Shown piece after piece: positions 54,396 through 55,052 of a stretch of DNA of 55,052 bases; the first letter of the stretch is position 1; each line of letters starts with the position of its first letter. A program made the position numbers and the translations under genes. The stretch spans positions 1-55,052 of IMG/VR virus record IMGVR_UViG_3300045993_000305; one strand, written 5' to 3'. The stretch comes from a virus. Its lineage: Duplodnaviria; Caudoviricetes. Below the pieces are notes generated by a model. That model saw nothing but the letters and a program-made list of their open reading frames with translations. It was not told the origin of the DNA and made no database searches.

Positions 54396-54938
54396 TCAGG
54401 GTTGCAGAACCAGCTTCTGGTACAGGGACACGCGCTCGGATAGACCGTTCAGGCCGCCGTTGATCTTCTTGGTCACGCCGACGAAGTCGAACGCATCCGC
54501 CAGCTCGTTGCACCCGCGGCTCGCCCAGTAGTGGGCGGCGGACAGGCACGCGCCCTCTGGGTGCGTCAGCCAGCCAACGATGTCCTCAATGGGGATGCCG
54601 AACCTGCGCGCCACCGCCTCATGGTTGGCGCGTCCAGTGACTTGTATCAGCCCGTGCCCGCGGTAGCGGAATCCGTCGCCGGCTTGGTTGCCCAGCGTGC
54701 GCGACAGCTCGCTGCCGTTGTCGTACTTCAGCTGCTGCGGGGTCGGACCCCAGATCTCGGAGACGAACTGGAACCGACCAGACTCGTGCGCCACCTGCGC
54801 GACGAACATCGCCGGCCGCTCGCCCGACGCAATAGAGAACGCCGCCATCGCTCGGTTGAGCGGGGGCAGGAACTGGGATCGAATCAGGGGAGGTACGTCT
54901 ATCGCCGCCAGCTGCCCGTCGGTGACAGGAAACCTCAT
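54396..54938 (-). CDS. Endolysin, glycoside hydrolase family 19
   Basis: FVAQVAHESG, GDGFRYRGHGLIQVTGRAN, TKKINGGLNGLSER. Confidence 0.93.
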   Translation of the reverse strand: MRFPVTDGQLAAIDVPPLIRSQFLPPLNRAMAAFSIASGERPAMFVAQVAHESGRFQFVSEIWGPTPQQLKYDNGSELSRTLGNQAGDGFRYRGHGLIQVTGRANHEAVARRFGIPIEDIVGWLTHPEGACLSAAHYWASRGCNELADAFDFVGVTKKINGGLNGLSERVSLYQKLVLQP

Positions 54939-55051
54939 TTCGGCTTGTTCGGGATCGACTCAATGGCGTGTTGGTGTGGTTCGCCATCGAAGTTCTGGGT
55001 GATCTTGGAGGCAGACTGCTGCGGCAAGAGAACGTATGGTCGCGGCGTGAA
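54935..55051 (-). CDS. C-terminus of a truncated gene
   Basis: Frame open to the window edge; stop overlaps the endolysin ATG (ATGA). Confidence 0.55.
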   Translation of the reverse strand, partial: FTPRPYVLLPQQSASKITQNFDGEPHQHAIESIPNKPK

Positions 55052-55052
55052 G

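Noticed and set aside
1-55052. Diversity-generating retroelement, integrase/att site, intron or intein
   Set aside because: No reverse transcriptase, recombinase or splicing motifs seen; terL, portal and capsid genes are uninterrupted. A short TR/VR pair could be missed by eye

Overview
A GC-rich tailed dsDNA phage segment, probably an incomplete genome. It is podovirus-like, with a P22-type portal, adaptor and nozzle and an N4-gp56-type capsid. The SSB resembles proteobacterial (Betaproteobacteria-like) SSBs. No DNA polymerase, primase, integrase, repressor, tRNA or CRISPR array is visible. Layout: (i) 1-3380 (+) recombination block with ERF-like annealase, PD-(D/E)XK nuclease and SSB; (ii) 3358-41687 (-) packaging and morphogenesis genes, including two large polyvalent ejection proteins; (iii) two rightward early-gene islands (41809-42796 and 46796-49748) flanking a leftward fibre/holin block with a highly structured leader; (iv) 49833-55052 (-) lysis region with a four-enzyme cassette, carrying its own candidate promoter, between endolysin and spanins. 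The best candidate for an undescribed system is the 2219-aa polyvalent protein. It carries ART-like, HEXXH peptidase, glycosylase-like, DUF3293-like and CmoA-like domains, with NKS motifs at three junctions. Its gene hides an internal extended -10 promoter and two small +1-frame overprinted genes, each with a Shine-Dalgarno and each directly behind an enzymatic domain; these are possible built-in antidotes. All family assignments come from motif recognition by eye, and no searches were run.
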